A stretch of 19,971 nt of DNA from a candidate division WOR-3 bacterium (GCA_049969615.1 JBMFOM010000026.1:1-19971), one strand, 5' to 3'; shown: positions 1-7,818, numbered from the stretch's first letter. A program made the numbers and translations. Notes: a model not told the origin generated them from the sequence alone.

Positions 1-16
1 CAGTCGCACATTATAA

Positions 17-286
17 CCGATTTGCCGCGGCCGACCAAGTCTCACCTGACCCACTTTCAACCCATTCTGGTCTTTGCTGTTTATGAGGAACCCTCAGACA
101 AGGCCATCCCTGTCTGGTGGGATGAGCAACATGAACCTTGCCCGGATGCTCAGGCTCAGAACCCCGGCCCGATTGCGAGGCCCTTGTGGCACAGGTGCTT
201 ACGGGGAACTGAATGTCCCGTCTTCAATCCGTGGAGGGTTGAGACGTGTCGGGTGAGCACAAAATTTTACTGTGAGACAGGCTCAA
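17..286 (+). repeat. Degenerate copy of a dispersed MITE-like repeat, ending in TGTGAGACAGGCTCAA
   Basis: 271-286 TGTGAGACAGGCTCAA is identical to 3295-3310. 37-49 AAGTCTCACCTGA matches 3243-3255 AAGCCTCACCTGA at 12/13. The left boundary is approximate. Confidence 0.5.
84..260. ncRNA. Candidate structured RNA or DNA element, family not recognised
   Basis: Dense stems: 84-88/92-96, 95-100/111-116, 105-110/119-124, 195-202/253-260, 219-230/236-246. No convincing ORF and no recognisable 6S, SRP, tmRNA or riboswitch motif. Confidence 0.3.
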
Positions 287-295
287 TTTGGGTTA

Positions 296-304
296 TGTTA
301 TAAT
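296..304 (+). promoter_or_regulatory. Extended -10 element TGTTATAAT
   Basis: Perfect TGnTATAAT just downstream of the repeat end at 271-286. Confidence 0.35.
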
Positions 305-370
305 GAGGCTCATAGATAGAAACGAGGGGCAAACCGGGATTTTTCGGGGTCTCCATTGTGAGACAACCTC
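304..370 (-). repeat. Inverted partial copy of the same dispersed repeat, with terminus GAGGTTGTCTCACAA
   Basis: Reverse complement of 304-353 aligns to 3201-3250 at 38/51 columns, with an exact 13-nt core AAAAATCCCGGTT (332-344 vs 3211-3223). 356-370 TTGTGAGACAACCTC resembles TTGTGAGACAGGCTC at 3294-3308. Confidence 0.7.
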
Positions 371-500
371 GGTTTTGTATCAAAGTGGGGCGTTCCCCTA
401 GCAGATAGATCCCAAACCACAATCTGCCATTTTTATGACCTTAAAGTGTTTTTTCCGGCTCTCCCCTGAGCTTTAGAATTTCATTCTAGAGGAGACTCAC

Positions 501-1346
501 ATGAAAAAAGCATGGCTGGTTTTTGGCATTATCGCGGCCCTTGCCTGCGGCAAGAAGGAGAAGCCCCAACCGGAGCCAGAGGGCAAGGTCCTGAAGACCA
601 TAGGAGACATCAAGATAACCGAAGAAGACCTCAGCTCGCAGCTCCCCAGCGTTGAGGGTTTCACCATGAGCCAGGGGGACACCGCGGCCCTCCTGGATGG
701 CATGGAGAAGATAGCCATATTCTATCTCGCCGCGAAGGATGATGGGCTTGACAAGGATCCAAAGGTGGCCAGGAAAGCCCAGTGGGCGGAGAGGGCCATC
801 CTCGCGGATGAGTTCCTTAGGAGGCGTCTGGAGACCGTCCAGGTCACGGACGCGGACATAGCCAACTATGTGAAGGAACACCAGGATGATTTCGGGAGGG
901 AGGTGAACCTGGTTGAGGTAGCATTACAAGATCCGGCCATGGCCGACACCATCAAGAAACTGCTCCTTGACGGCTCCTACGCCGCGGCCAAGATGCTTGA
1001 GTATTTCGCTCAGAGGGGCGTCTTGATGATGAACCCCATTGGCTATGTGAACGTCGCGGCCCTTCGTTTTAACATGCCCCCGGACGCGGCCGAGGCTGTC
1101 AAGAGGGCAAAGAGGGGGGATATACTCGGCCCGTATTCCGCGAGCGGCCTGAGTATCCTCATAATGGTCGCTGACATCAGAAAGGCAACCCCTGACATGA
1201 CAAAGATAGAACCGGTTCTGAAAGAGGCCCTGACCGCCGAGAAACGCCAGGCACTCGTGGATTCACTTTACAAAGAGTTGAAGGCCAAATACATCTCCCC
1301 ATCATCCACGGCGGACAAAACCGAAGGCCAGAAGGGAGGAAAATGA
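501..1346 (+). CDS. PrsA/SurA-like lipoprotein foldase with a degenerate parvulin-type domain
   Basis: GAGGAG RBS. Signal peptide with lipobox ALAC (Cys16). Foldase-like segments IGDIKITEED, VTDADIANY and AKRGDILGP. Adjacent to a SurA-like gene. Confidence 0.75.
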   Translation: MKKAWLVFGIIAALACGKKEKPQPEPEGKVLKTIGDIKITEEDLSSQLPSVEGFTMSQGDTAALLDGMEKIAIFYLAAKDDGLDKDPKVARKAQWAERAILADEFLRRRLETVQVTDADIANYVKEHQDDFGREVNLVEVALQDPAMADTIKKLLLDGSYAAAKMLEYFAQRGVLMMNPIGYVNVAALRFNMPPDAAEAVKRAKRGDILGPYSASGLSILIMVADIRKATPDMTKIEPVLKEALTAEKRQALVDSLYKELKAKYISPSSTADKTEGQKGGK

Positions 1347-1347
1347 T

Positions 1348-2628
1348 ATGACCTGGTTTTTAGCACTTCTCTCGCAGGCGACCGGCTTGGTCGGAGGCGC
1401 CACCCTGACTGGCCAGGAGGAACTCCTCAACCAGGTGGTGGCCGTGGTTGGCACTGAGGCCATAACCCTTGCCGATCTGGATAGGGTTTTTATGATCTAC
1501 GCGGGGCAACTCCCACCAGGTATCAGCGAGGACACGGCCCGAAAGCGCATCCTTGAGGAACTGGTCAACCAGAAGCTCCTCTATCTGGAGGCCAAAGCTG
1601 ACACTTCCATCAAGGTCACCCAAGAGGAGGTGAACCAGGCCATAAACAAGCAGATGGACGCGATCAAAAAGCAGATAGGCGCGGAGGAATTCGCCAGGCA
1701 GCTTGCCGCGGAAGGAATGACAGAGGATCAGCTTCGCTCGGCTGTCCGAGATAATGTTGAGATATCCATCTATATCCAGAAGCTGGTTGATTACCGGATA
1801 AAACCCAACATAGTGATAACGCAGGACGAGGTCAGAAAGTTCTATGATGAACACAAGGACAGCATCGCGGTGGAGCCAGCCTCATACCGGCTATCACATG
1901 TACTCATAAGGATAATCCCTTCTGGCCCTGCGGAGCAGGAGGCCTACACAAAGGCAAAGGCACTCTATAAGCAGATAGTCACTGGCGCTGATTTCGCGGA
2001 TATAGCCTCTCGCTATTCAGATGACCGAGAGACAGCCAGCCGGGGCGGCCAGCTTGGCTGGTTTCCAAAAAATTACCTCCCCCCGGAGATAACGAAGGAG
2101 CTTGATGCCCTTAGACCCGGCGAGGTTTCCAAACCGCTCAGGGGTGAGACTGGCTACCACATATTCCAGATCCTGGACAAGAGGCAGGATGCATATTTTC
2201 TCAGACACATCCTGATCAATGTGATGCCTGAAAAGGCCGATTCTGCCACGGCGAAAAACAAGGCTAACAGGGTATTTAACCTCGCCAAAAGCGGCAAGAG
2301 CTTCTCTGATCTCGCCAAGACATATTCGGATGACCCAACGAACAAAGAGCTGGGCGGAGACCTTGGCTGGGTTTCGGAAAATATAATGACACCAGAGATG
2401 ATCGCTGTTGTCAAGGACGCTAAGGTTGGGGACATTCTCGGCCCTGTGCCAACGCCTTTTGGCTACAGCGTGATAAAGCTTTCTGATAAGAAGGAAAAGG
2501 TCATTCACCCTTACGAGGAGATAGCCGATGTGGTCAAAAACTACCTCTATCAGGTAAGGGTTCAGGAGGAGTTGGACAAACTGCTGGAGAGGATCAAACA
2601 GCGGGTCTATGTTGAAATAAGGCTCTAG
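1348..2628 (+). CDS. surA: SurA-like periplasmic chaperone / peptidyl-prolyl isomerase with two PpiC domains
   Basis: N-domain motif VVAVVGTEAIT. Two parvulin domains: SHVLI...FADIASRYSDD...GGQLGW...GYHI and RHILI...FSDLAKTYSDD...GGDLGW...TPFGY. C-terminus VYVEIRL. Confidence 0.88.
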   Translation: MTWFLALLSQATGLVGGATLTGQEELLNQVVAVVGTEAITLADLDRVFMIYAGQLPPGISEDTARKRILEELVNQKLLYLEAKADTSIKVTQEEVNQAINKQMDAIKKQIGAEEFARQLAAEGMTEDQLRSAVRDNVEISIYIQKLVDYRIKPNIVITQDEVRKFYDEHKDSIAVEPASYRLSHVLIRIIPSGPAEQEAYTKAKALYKQIVTGADFADIASRYSDDRETASRGGQLGWFPKNYLPPEITKELDALRPGEVSKPLRGETGYHIFQILDKRQDAYFLRHILINVMPEKADSATAKNKANRVFNLAKSGKSFSDLAKTYSDDPTNKELGGDLGWVSENIMTPEMIAVVKDAKVGDILGPVPTPFGYSVIKLSDKKEKVIHPYEEIADVVKNYLYQVRVQEELDKLLERIKQRVYVEIRL

Positions 2629-2664
2629 ATGGTCCTTGCGATTAGCAATTGACAAGCGAATAAC

Positions 2665-3189
2665 ATGAAAAAAGGCCCCCCAAAGCCAACCATGGACCAG
2701 ATGCTCATGGGCATGGCTCTGGTCGCGGCCTTTAGGTCAAACTGCCGGCGAGCTTTTGTTGGAGCCGTGGCCACAATAGATAATCGCGTCAAGTCCATCG
2801 GCTATGCCGGCTCTCCTCCGGGTGAGCCTGAGTGCCTTGATGTTGGCTGTGAGCTTGGCCCGGAGGGCGGCTGTATCCGGACAATACACGCGGAGGCAAA
2901 CGCGATAGCCTGGGCAGCGAAGGAAGGGAGTTCCCTGCGCGGCGCGACCATATACACCACCATGTCCCCGTGCGTGACCTGCGCTCGCCTCATCCTCCAG
3001 GCTGGAATAAAACGGGTTGTGTATCACTGCGAGTATCGGGACACCTCTGGAATTGACTTCCTCCGTTCTCACGGCATCCAAGTTGATCGCCTTACGGACC
3101 TCGGGGTGTATCAGATGTTCGCGGACGCTTTATCCGAACGCATAGAGGAATGGCGAAGGATCAATGTGGAGGAATCCGAGGGGAACTGA
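2665..3189 (+). CDS. dCMP deaminase / ComEB family zinc-dependent deaminase
   Basis: RSNCRR..VGA, GYAGSPPG..C, HAEANAI and SPCVTC zinc motifs, GIKRVVY. Confidence 0.9.
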   Translation: MKKGPPKPTMDQMLMGMALVAAFRSNCRRAFVGAVATIDNRVKSIGYAGSPPGEPECLDVGCELGPEGGCIRTIHAEANAIAWAAKEGSSLRGATIYTTMSPCVTCARLILQAGIKRVVYHCEYRDTSGIDFLRSHGIQVDRLTDLGVYQMFADALSERIEEWRRINVEESEGN

Positions 3190-3200
3190 TCCATCCTAGC

Positions 3201-3310
3201 GAAACCCCCTAAAAATCCCGGTTCGTCCTTTGTCCCTACCGAAAGCCTCACCTGATTTGGCTTAGATCCGCCCCAGCCAGGATTCGGATCGTGTTGTGAG
3301 ACAGGCTCAA
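3201..3310 (+). repeat. Dispersed MITE-like repeat copy filling the deaminase-GT4 intergenic gap
   Basis: Shares segments with 17-49, 271-286 and (inverted) 304-370. Internal inverted repeat GATCCG 3265-3270 / CGGATC 3285-3290. Confidence 0.7.
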
Positions 3311-3323
3311 AATGGGCTATAAT
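3294..3323 (+). promoter_or_regulatory. Putative sigma70 promoter TTGTGA-N18-TATAAT
   Basis: TATAAT at 3318-3323 ends 6 nt before the GTG at 3330. The -35 candidate lies inside the repeat end. Confidence 0.5.
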
Positions 3324-3329
3324 TTTTCG

Positions 3330-4388
3330 GTGCGCATAGCCTTTCCCCTCATGTCCCTCCGCCACCACGGCGGGGTCAGGGTAATCGTGGAGTTCGCGAA
3401 CCACCTGGCATTGGTGGGGCATGAGGTTCACCTCTTTGTCCCGCGGAACCAGTTTGTTCCCCTGTATCCCATATCCGATCGGGTTCAGGTTCACCTCCTC
3501 AGAAACTCCAACGAGGAGGGGATTTTCTCCAGGCTCAAGACCCTGTATGATTTGGCAGGGGCCATGTCATCCTTTGACCTTGATGTTGTGGTGGCAAACT
3601 TCTTCCCCACGGCCTACGCCTCTTATCTGATGAAATCCAAGGCAAGGGTCGTCTATCTAGTACAGGATGTTCCTTTGTTCTATGGACGCTTCTCGCCCAT
3701 GGGGCTTTTGCTCCGGCTCTCTATGGGTTTTCCTTATCCAAAGGCCGCCATATCCAGGTATATAGCCGAGACCCTTCGCGCGCCCGCGGAGATAATAAGC
3801 CTTGGCGTATCAGGGGCATTCTATCCGGATCCAGACCCCGAACTCATTTCGGAGAAACAGCACCCAGCCATTCTTTACCCTCCGAGAAAGCAGATATACA
3901 AGGGCATGGAGTATTTCATAGAAGCGATGCGGATACTGAGCCGTCGCGGGATTCGTTTTGAGGTCTGGCTTGTCACCCAAGAAGAGGAGTCCCTCAACCC
4001 CTTTGAAAACATGGAAATCCCGTGTTTGTTAATGGATGGCCGGGACGATAATAGCCTCAGGAGACTATATTCTTCAGCGGATGTTTTTGTTTCCTCATCC
4101 ATTGCAGAGGGATTCAGCCTTCCCCCTCTTGAGGCTATGGCCTGCGGGACCCCAGTTGTAATGACCGAATGCGGCGGTGCCTGGGACTACATGGAGCCGG
4201 ATGTCAACGCGATTGTTGTCCCGGTCAGGGATTCAATGGCTCTTGCGCTTGGCATAGAAAGGGTAATGAGAGACCATGAACTCGCGCAGAGGCTAAGAAA
4301 CGCCGGCCTTGAAACAGCCAGGAAGTTCACGGCGGCCCGGACCGCAGAGCGCTTTGAACGTTTTCTGCTCAGGGCATACTCGGGTTGA
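3330..4388 (+). CDS. Glycosyltransferase family 4 (GT-B) protein
   Basis: GGVRVIVEFANHL..GHEV at the N-terminus, KGMEY, and YSSADVF..S..EGFSLPPLEAMACGTPVV (ExFxxxxxE). Start placed at GTG 3330 (MRIA); the ORF track opens at ATG 3312. Confidence 0.92.
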   Translation: MRIAFPLMSLRHHGGVRVIVEFANHLALVGHEVHLFVPRNQFVPLYPISDRVQVHLLRNSNEEGIFSRLKTLYDLAGAMSSFDLDVVVANFFPTAYASYLMKSKARVVYLVQDVPLFYGRFSPMGLLLRLSMGFPYPKAAISRYIAETLRAPAEIISLGVSGAFYPDPDPELISEKQHPAILYPPRKQIYKGMEYFIEAMRILSRRGIRFEVWLVTQEEESLNPFENMEIPCLLMDGRDDNSLRRLYSSADVFVSSSIAEGFSLPPLEAMACGTPVVMTECGGAWDYMEPDVNAIVVPVRDSMALALGIERVMRDHELAQRLRNAGLETARKFTAARTAERFERFLLRAYSG

Positions 4389-4441
4389 CCTACACATGAT
4401 TTCAGCTAAGCCCAAATAAAGCCCACATCCCGCGCGTGCTA

Positions 4442-4471
4442 TTGACCCGCAGGCGCGCATTGCCTTATCAT
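4442..4471 (+). promoter_or_regulatory. Putative sigma70 promoter TTGACC-N18-TATCAT
   Basis: -35 at 4442-4447 and -10 at 4466-4471, upstream of the GGAG RBS and the coupled gene run 4493-11111. Confidence 0.55.
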
Positions 4472-4492
4472 TTATATCCTGCCTGGAGTTAA

Positions 4493-5434
4493 GTGATGGT
4501 TTTTTGTTTTTATTTAGCGCTTTTTGCCCAGATAGGCCTGGGGAGCGGTGGTGGGTTCAGCACCGGGACAGATTCCCTTTATGTCAGGGTAGTGAAGGCC
4601 TGGCCTTTCTCTTTCACCCCTTCGGTCGCCACTGATGGCAAAAAGGCGTACGCGGCCGCCAGGGAAGGCGTCTATGTCGTGTCCCGCGACGCTGCCGACG
4701 CTGTCCTCATGAGCACCATCTTTCCAGTCAAGGCTGTCAGGTGCTACGGCGGTTGTGTGTATTCCCTTCTAGAGGGGCGCCAGGGCATGAGCATTTTCAG
4801 GGGCGAGGATAAGGGAACATATCCATCTGATGCCAATTGTATTGACATGGCATTTTCTGGTTCTTATGGGTTCATAGCCGCGGGCGAGGAGGGAATGATC
4901 GTTGTTTCCCTAGCAGACCCTCTTTTCCCCCAGGATGTAGCGTATTTTGACACTCCGGGCTACGCGCAAGCCATTGATGTTTCTGGCAATTATGCCGCCA
5001 TAGCCGACGGCGAGACCGGCGTCATCCTCGTGGACATAACCAACCCAAAGGACCCCAAGCCGGTCAGAAAATACGACACCAAGGGGCTGGCGTCCGGCGT
5101 TGCCATAGCCGGGAAATATGTTTTTGTCGCGGATGGAAAGGAGGGCCTCGTCATACTTGATTTCAGCAAGGAAGACCCCCTGGTAGGCGGGTTCAAGACA
5201 ACCGGTTTCTCCAAGGCAGTCAAGTTCTACGGCAAATACGTCTACATAGCCGACGGTGATGCCGGCCTGAGGATAATTGATGTGTCTGACCCTGCCAATC
5301 CCATTGAAAGGGCATATTACAATACCGCTGGTTTCACCTCTGATCTGGCCCTTACGCTTCCATTGGTCTATGTGGCTGACGGGCAGTATGGGTTTTTGAT
5401 AATGGAGAACATGCTCCTGAAGCACTTCAAATGA
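4493..5434 (+). CDS. LVIVD-repeat (beta-propeller) exported protein
   Basis: About 42-aa repeats: YAAIADGETGVILVDITNP, YVFVADGKEGLVILDFS, YVYIADGDAGLRIIDVSDP, YVADGQYGF. Short hydrophobic N-terminus. Start is GTG 4493 or ATG 4496. Confidence 0.85.
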   Translation: MMVFCFYLALFAQIGLGSGGGFSTGTDSLYVRVVKAWPFSFTPSVATDGKKAYAAAREGVYVVSRDAADAVLMSTIFPVKAVRCYGGCVYSLLEGRQGMSIFRGEDKGTYPSDANCIDMAFSGSYGFIAAGEEGMIVVSLADPLFPQDVAYFDTPGYAQAIDVSGNYAAIADGETGVILVDITNPKDPKPVRKYDTKGLASGVAIAGKYVFVADGKEGLVILDFSKEDPLVGGFKTTGFSKAVKFYGKYVYIADGDAGLRIIDVSDPANPIERAYYNTAGFTSDLALTLPLVYVADGQYGFLIMENMLLKHFK

Positions 5435-6069
5435 TAAGAATTGGCAAGGCTGGAGAGAGGATTCGCTGGGGAGACCTGGAGATCGCGACCATAAGGGAAG
5501 GCGACCGCTGGCGCGCGACCGGCTCGGTTGACTACATTTTGCCCTTTGATCCGACGGGCGAGGATGTCCTTCTTGAACCCGTTTTGCCCAGAGAGAGATA
5601 TTATATTGATGTTGAGCCGCCGGTTGTGGTGCCTCCCGGCTCAGAGATTGCCCTCCATGCAGTTGTTCCGGTGGGCGCAGAGATATTTTTGGGCAAGGTC
5701 AGGATAGGCGAGTTCAAACCAGTCCTAAAGAGGACATATCTCGGTCCGACAACTGATGGTGATTTTGCCGTTTATGTGCGCTTCGGCGAGCTCTATCAGC
5801 CCGGCATGGTCCTCAACCTCTCCGTTATGAACCGGGGAAAGGAAACCCTGTTTTTTGACGAGCTCAAGCTCGCTCCGTGGCTTCTTTCGGTTTTTGAACA
5901 TGAAGGAGAATGGCTCTCCGAACGTCTCGTGGTTTCAATGGGGCCGGAGGAAATGGATGTCAAACACACGGATTTCGGCAGTGGCAAGCTGATCATAAAG
6001 GGCAAGAGGGAGAACGAGATAAACAAACGGTTCAAAAAATTCGTCAAGAGGTTGAAGGATGTCATTTAG
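5431..6069 (+). CDS. DUF432-like protein
   Basis: ATGA overlap with the upstream gene. Segments PVVVPPGSEI....VPV and KRTYLGPTTDG, plus position next to mscS, fit DUF432 (family assigned from recall). Confidence 0.6.
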   Translation: MIRIGKAGERIRWGDLEIATIREGDRWRATGSVDYILPFDPTGEDVLLEPVLPRERYYIDVEPPVVVPPGSEIALHAVVPVGAEIFLGKVRIGEFKPVLKRTYLGPTTDGDFAVYVRFGELYQPGMVLNLSVMNRGKETLFFDELKLAPWLLSVFEHEGEWLSERLVVSMGPEEMDVKHTDFGSGKLIIKGKRENEINKRFKKFVKRLKDVI

Positions 6070-6832
6070 CAAGGACCTGATCCTCAGGGTTCTCCTGGCC
6101 GTGGGCACAGGCGGAGGCATAGTCCTGGCCGCCTGGATAGCCTCCAGGCTCATACGGAAGCACATGGGGGTCAGCTCCCTACTTTATTCCCGGACAGTTT
6201 TCGTTCTGGGGCTTGTCATAGGCGTTTTCTTCGCGGTAATGAGCCTGGGTTTCAGCTGGCAGGGTGCGCTGGCCACGGCCGGAGTGACCGGAACAGTCCT
6301 GGCCCTCCTGATAACATTCGTCGCGCAGACCTCCATATCAAACTTCATATCAGGCTATTTCCTCCTTCTGGACAAATCCTTCAAGGAAGGGGATGTCATT
6401 GGGATAAACGACATAGTCGGTATAGTGCTTGAGCTAGGCTTTCTCTCGGTAAAACTGCGGACATTTGACAACATAATGATCAGGATACCAAACACCGAGG
6501 TCCTGAATTCAGTCCTAAAGAACCTCTCCGTGCACGAGATCCGAAGAATAGAGACTACTGTCGGCATAACCTACAGGGCAGACCCTGATAACGCCATAAA
6601 AGCGATCATGGATGCCCTGGCCGCGGATCCGCTTTTCCTCGCCAGTCCGGAACCAGTCGTCATAGCCAGATGTCTTGGTGAGCACTCGGTCCAGATCAGA
6701 GTTATGGCGTGGATAGACATGGACAATTTCTTTGATGCCAGCTCCCGGCTCGTTACCCTGGTTAAGGAAACCCTTGAATCCGCGGGCATAGAGATTCCCC
6801 TCCCACAGGTGGTGGTGCATCATGAGGATTAG
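6059..6832 (+). CDS. mscS: Small-conductance mechanosensitive channel (MscS family)
   Basis: Three N-terminal TM segments. AQTSISNFISG..LL.DKSFKEGDVI, LRTFDN...IPN, VGITY, GIEIPLPQ. Confidence 0.92.
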   Translation: MSFSKDLILRVLLAVGTGGGIVLAAWIASRLIRKHMGVSSLLYSRTVFVLGLVIGVFFAVMSLGFSWQGALATAGVTGTVLALLITFVAQTSISNFISGYFLLLDKSFKEGDVIGINDIVGIVLELGFLSVKLRTFDNIMIRIPNTEVLNSVLKNLSVHEIRRIETTVGITYRADPDNAIKAIMDALAADPLFLASPEPVVIARCLGEHSVQIRVMAWIDMDNFFDASSRLVTLVKETLESAGIEIPLPQVVVHHED

Positions 6833-7355
6833 GGTAGCGGGAAGGTCCCTTGAGGTACCTCAAGACGCGAGGCCCACACAGGATCATGTCCGGCGCTCCC
6901 TTTTTGACAGACTGGGGAGCGAAATAGCCGGCACCAGAATGCTGGAGTTGTTTGCGGGTTCCGGCGCGGTGGGCATAGAGGCCCTTTGCCGCGGCGCCAG
7001 TTTCGCGGTTTTCGTTGAGAAGGGAAGGCCTGGCGCTATGGCTATAGCCGAAAACCTCAGGAAGCTGGGACTTTCGGAAAGGGCAATGGTGATGAGGCGC
7101 GGGGTTTCCTCTGCCCTGCGTGAGCTCGCCAGAGGCGGAGAATCCTTTGACTGGGGGTTCGCGGATCCGCCCTATGGTTTCCCTTCCCTGGGGCGTTGCC
7201 TTTCGGGATTGCACCATGTTATTGCCATGGGCGGACTTTTCATACTTGAGACCAGGCGCGTGGAAGAACTGCCCGTGATCCTGGGACTTGAACCAGAAGA
7301 CGAATGGAGGATGAGAGATGTCAAGTTGGGAATTTATCGCCGTATATCCGGGTAG
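6822..7355 (+). CDS. rsmD: 16S rRNA m2G966 methyltransferase RsmD
   Basis: MRI..GRSL, RPTQDHVR.SLF, LELFAGSGAVGIEAL.RGA, DPPY. Conserved rsmD-coaD adjacency. Confidence 0.9.
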   Translation: MRIRVAGRSLEVPQDARPTQDHVRRSLFDRLGSEIAGTRMLELFAGSGAVGIEALCRGASFAVFVEKGRPGAMAIAENLRKLGLSERAMVMRRGVSSALRELARGGESFDWGFADPPYGFPSLGRCLSGLHHVIAMGGLFILETRRVEELPVILGLEPEDEWRMRDVKLGIYRRISG

Positions 7356-7818
7356 CTTTGATCCCATAACCCTGGGACACATTGACATAGCCCGGAGGGC
7401 CGCGCGGTTGTTCCCCCGCGTCATAGTCGCTGTATCCGAGGCAAAACACAAGGTCTGTCAGTTTTCGTTGGGAGAGAGGCTATTTTTCGCGCAGGAATCC
7501 CTTTCAAACATCCCCAATGTGGAGGTAACCTCATTCCATGGTCTTCTCAGTGATTTTGTCAGTCGCGTGGACGCGAGGGCTATAATCAGGGGCCTTCGCG
7601 CCGTCTCTGATTTTGAGTATGAGTTCAAGATGGCTTGGATGAACCGCCGGCTCGCGCCAGGGGCCGAAACCATATTTCTCATACCGTCAGAGGAGTTCGC
7701 CTATCTCTCGTCCAGCCTGGTGAAGGAAATAGCCGCCATGGGCGGGGATGTCTCATCCATGGTGCCGGAGGTCGTAGCGAGAAAGCTGATGGAAAACTTG
7801 GAGCCTGGCCATGATTAG
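7318..7818 (+). CDS. coaD: Pantetheine-phosphate adenylyltransferase
   Basis: YPGSFDPITLGH, IIRGLRAVSDFEYE, LSSSLVKEIA. Confidence 0.97.
   Translation: MSSWEFIAVYPGSFDPITLGHIDIARRAARLFPRVIVAVSEAKHKVCQFSLGERLFFAQESLSNIPNVEVTSFHGLLSDFVSRVDARAIIRGLRAVSDFEYEFKMAWMNRRLAPGAETIFLIPSEEFAYLSSSLVKEIAAMGGDVSSMVPEVVARKLMENLEPGHD

Noticed and set aside
84..260. Assignment as 6S RNA, SRP RNA, tmRNA, HEARO or a known riboswitch
   Set aside because: Diagnostic motifs (SRP GGAA-loop helix, tmRNA ends, 6S rod with central bubble, TPP or cobalamin cores) were not found on either strand.
22..303. ORFs 22-303 and 74-256
   Set aside because: TTG starts without RBS, no recognisable domain, and they run through repeat and hairpin sequence.
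271..370. CRISPR array from the recurring TGTGAGACA
   Set aside because: Only two adjacent short matches 86 bp apart, with no regular repeat-spacer pattern and no cas genes.
2629..2664. In-frame ATG...TGA upstream of the dCMP deaminase as readthrough or selenocysteine
   Set aside because: The deaminase domain is complete from 2665, there is no evident SECIS-like hairpin, and TGA is a normal stop elsewhere in the window.
2665..3189. Anti-phage dCTP deaminase defence gene
   Set aside because: A small single-domain ComEB/dCMP-type protein without the kinase-like domain, in a housekeeping context.
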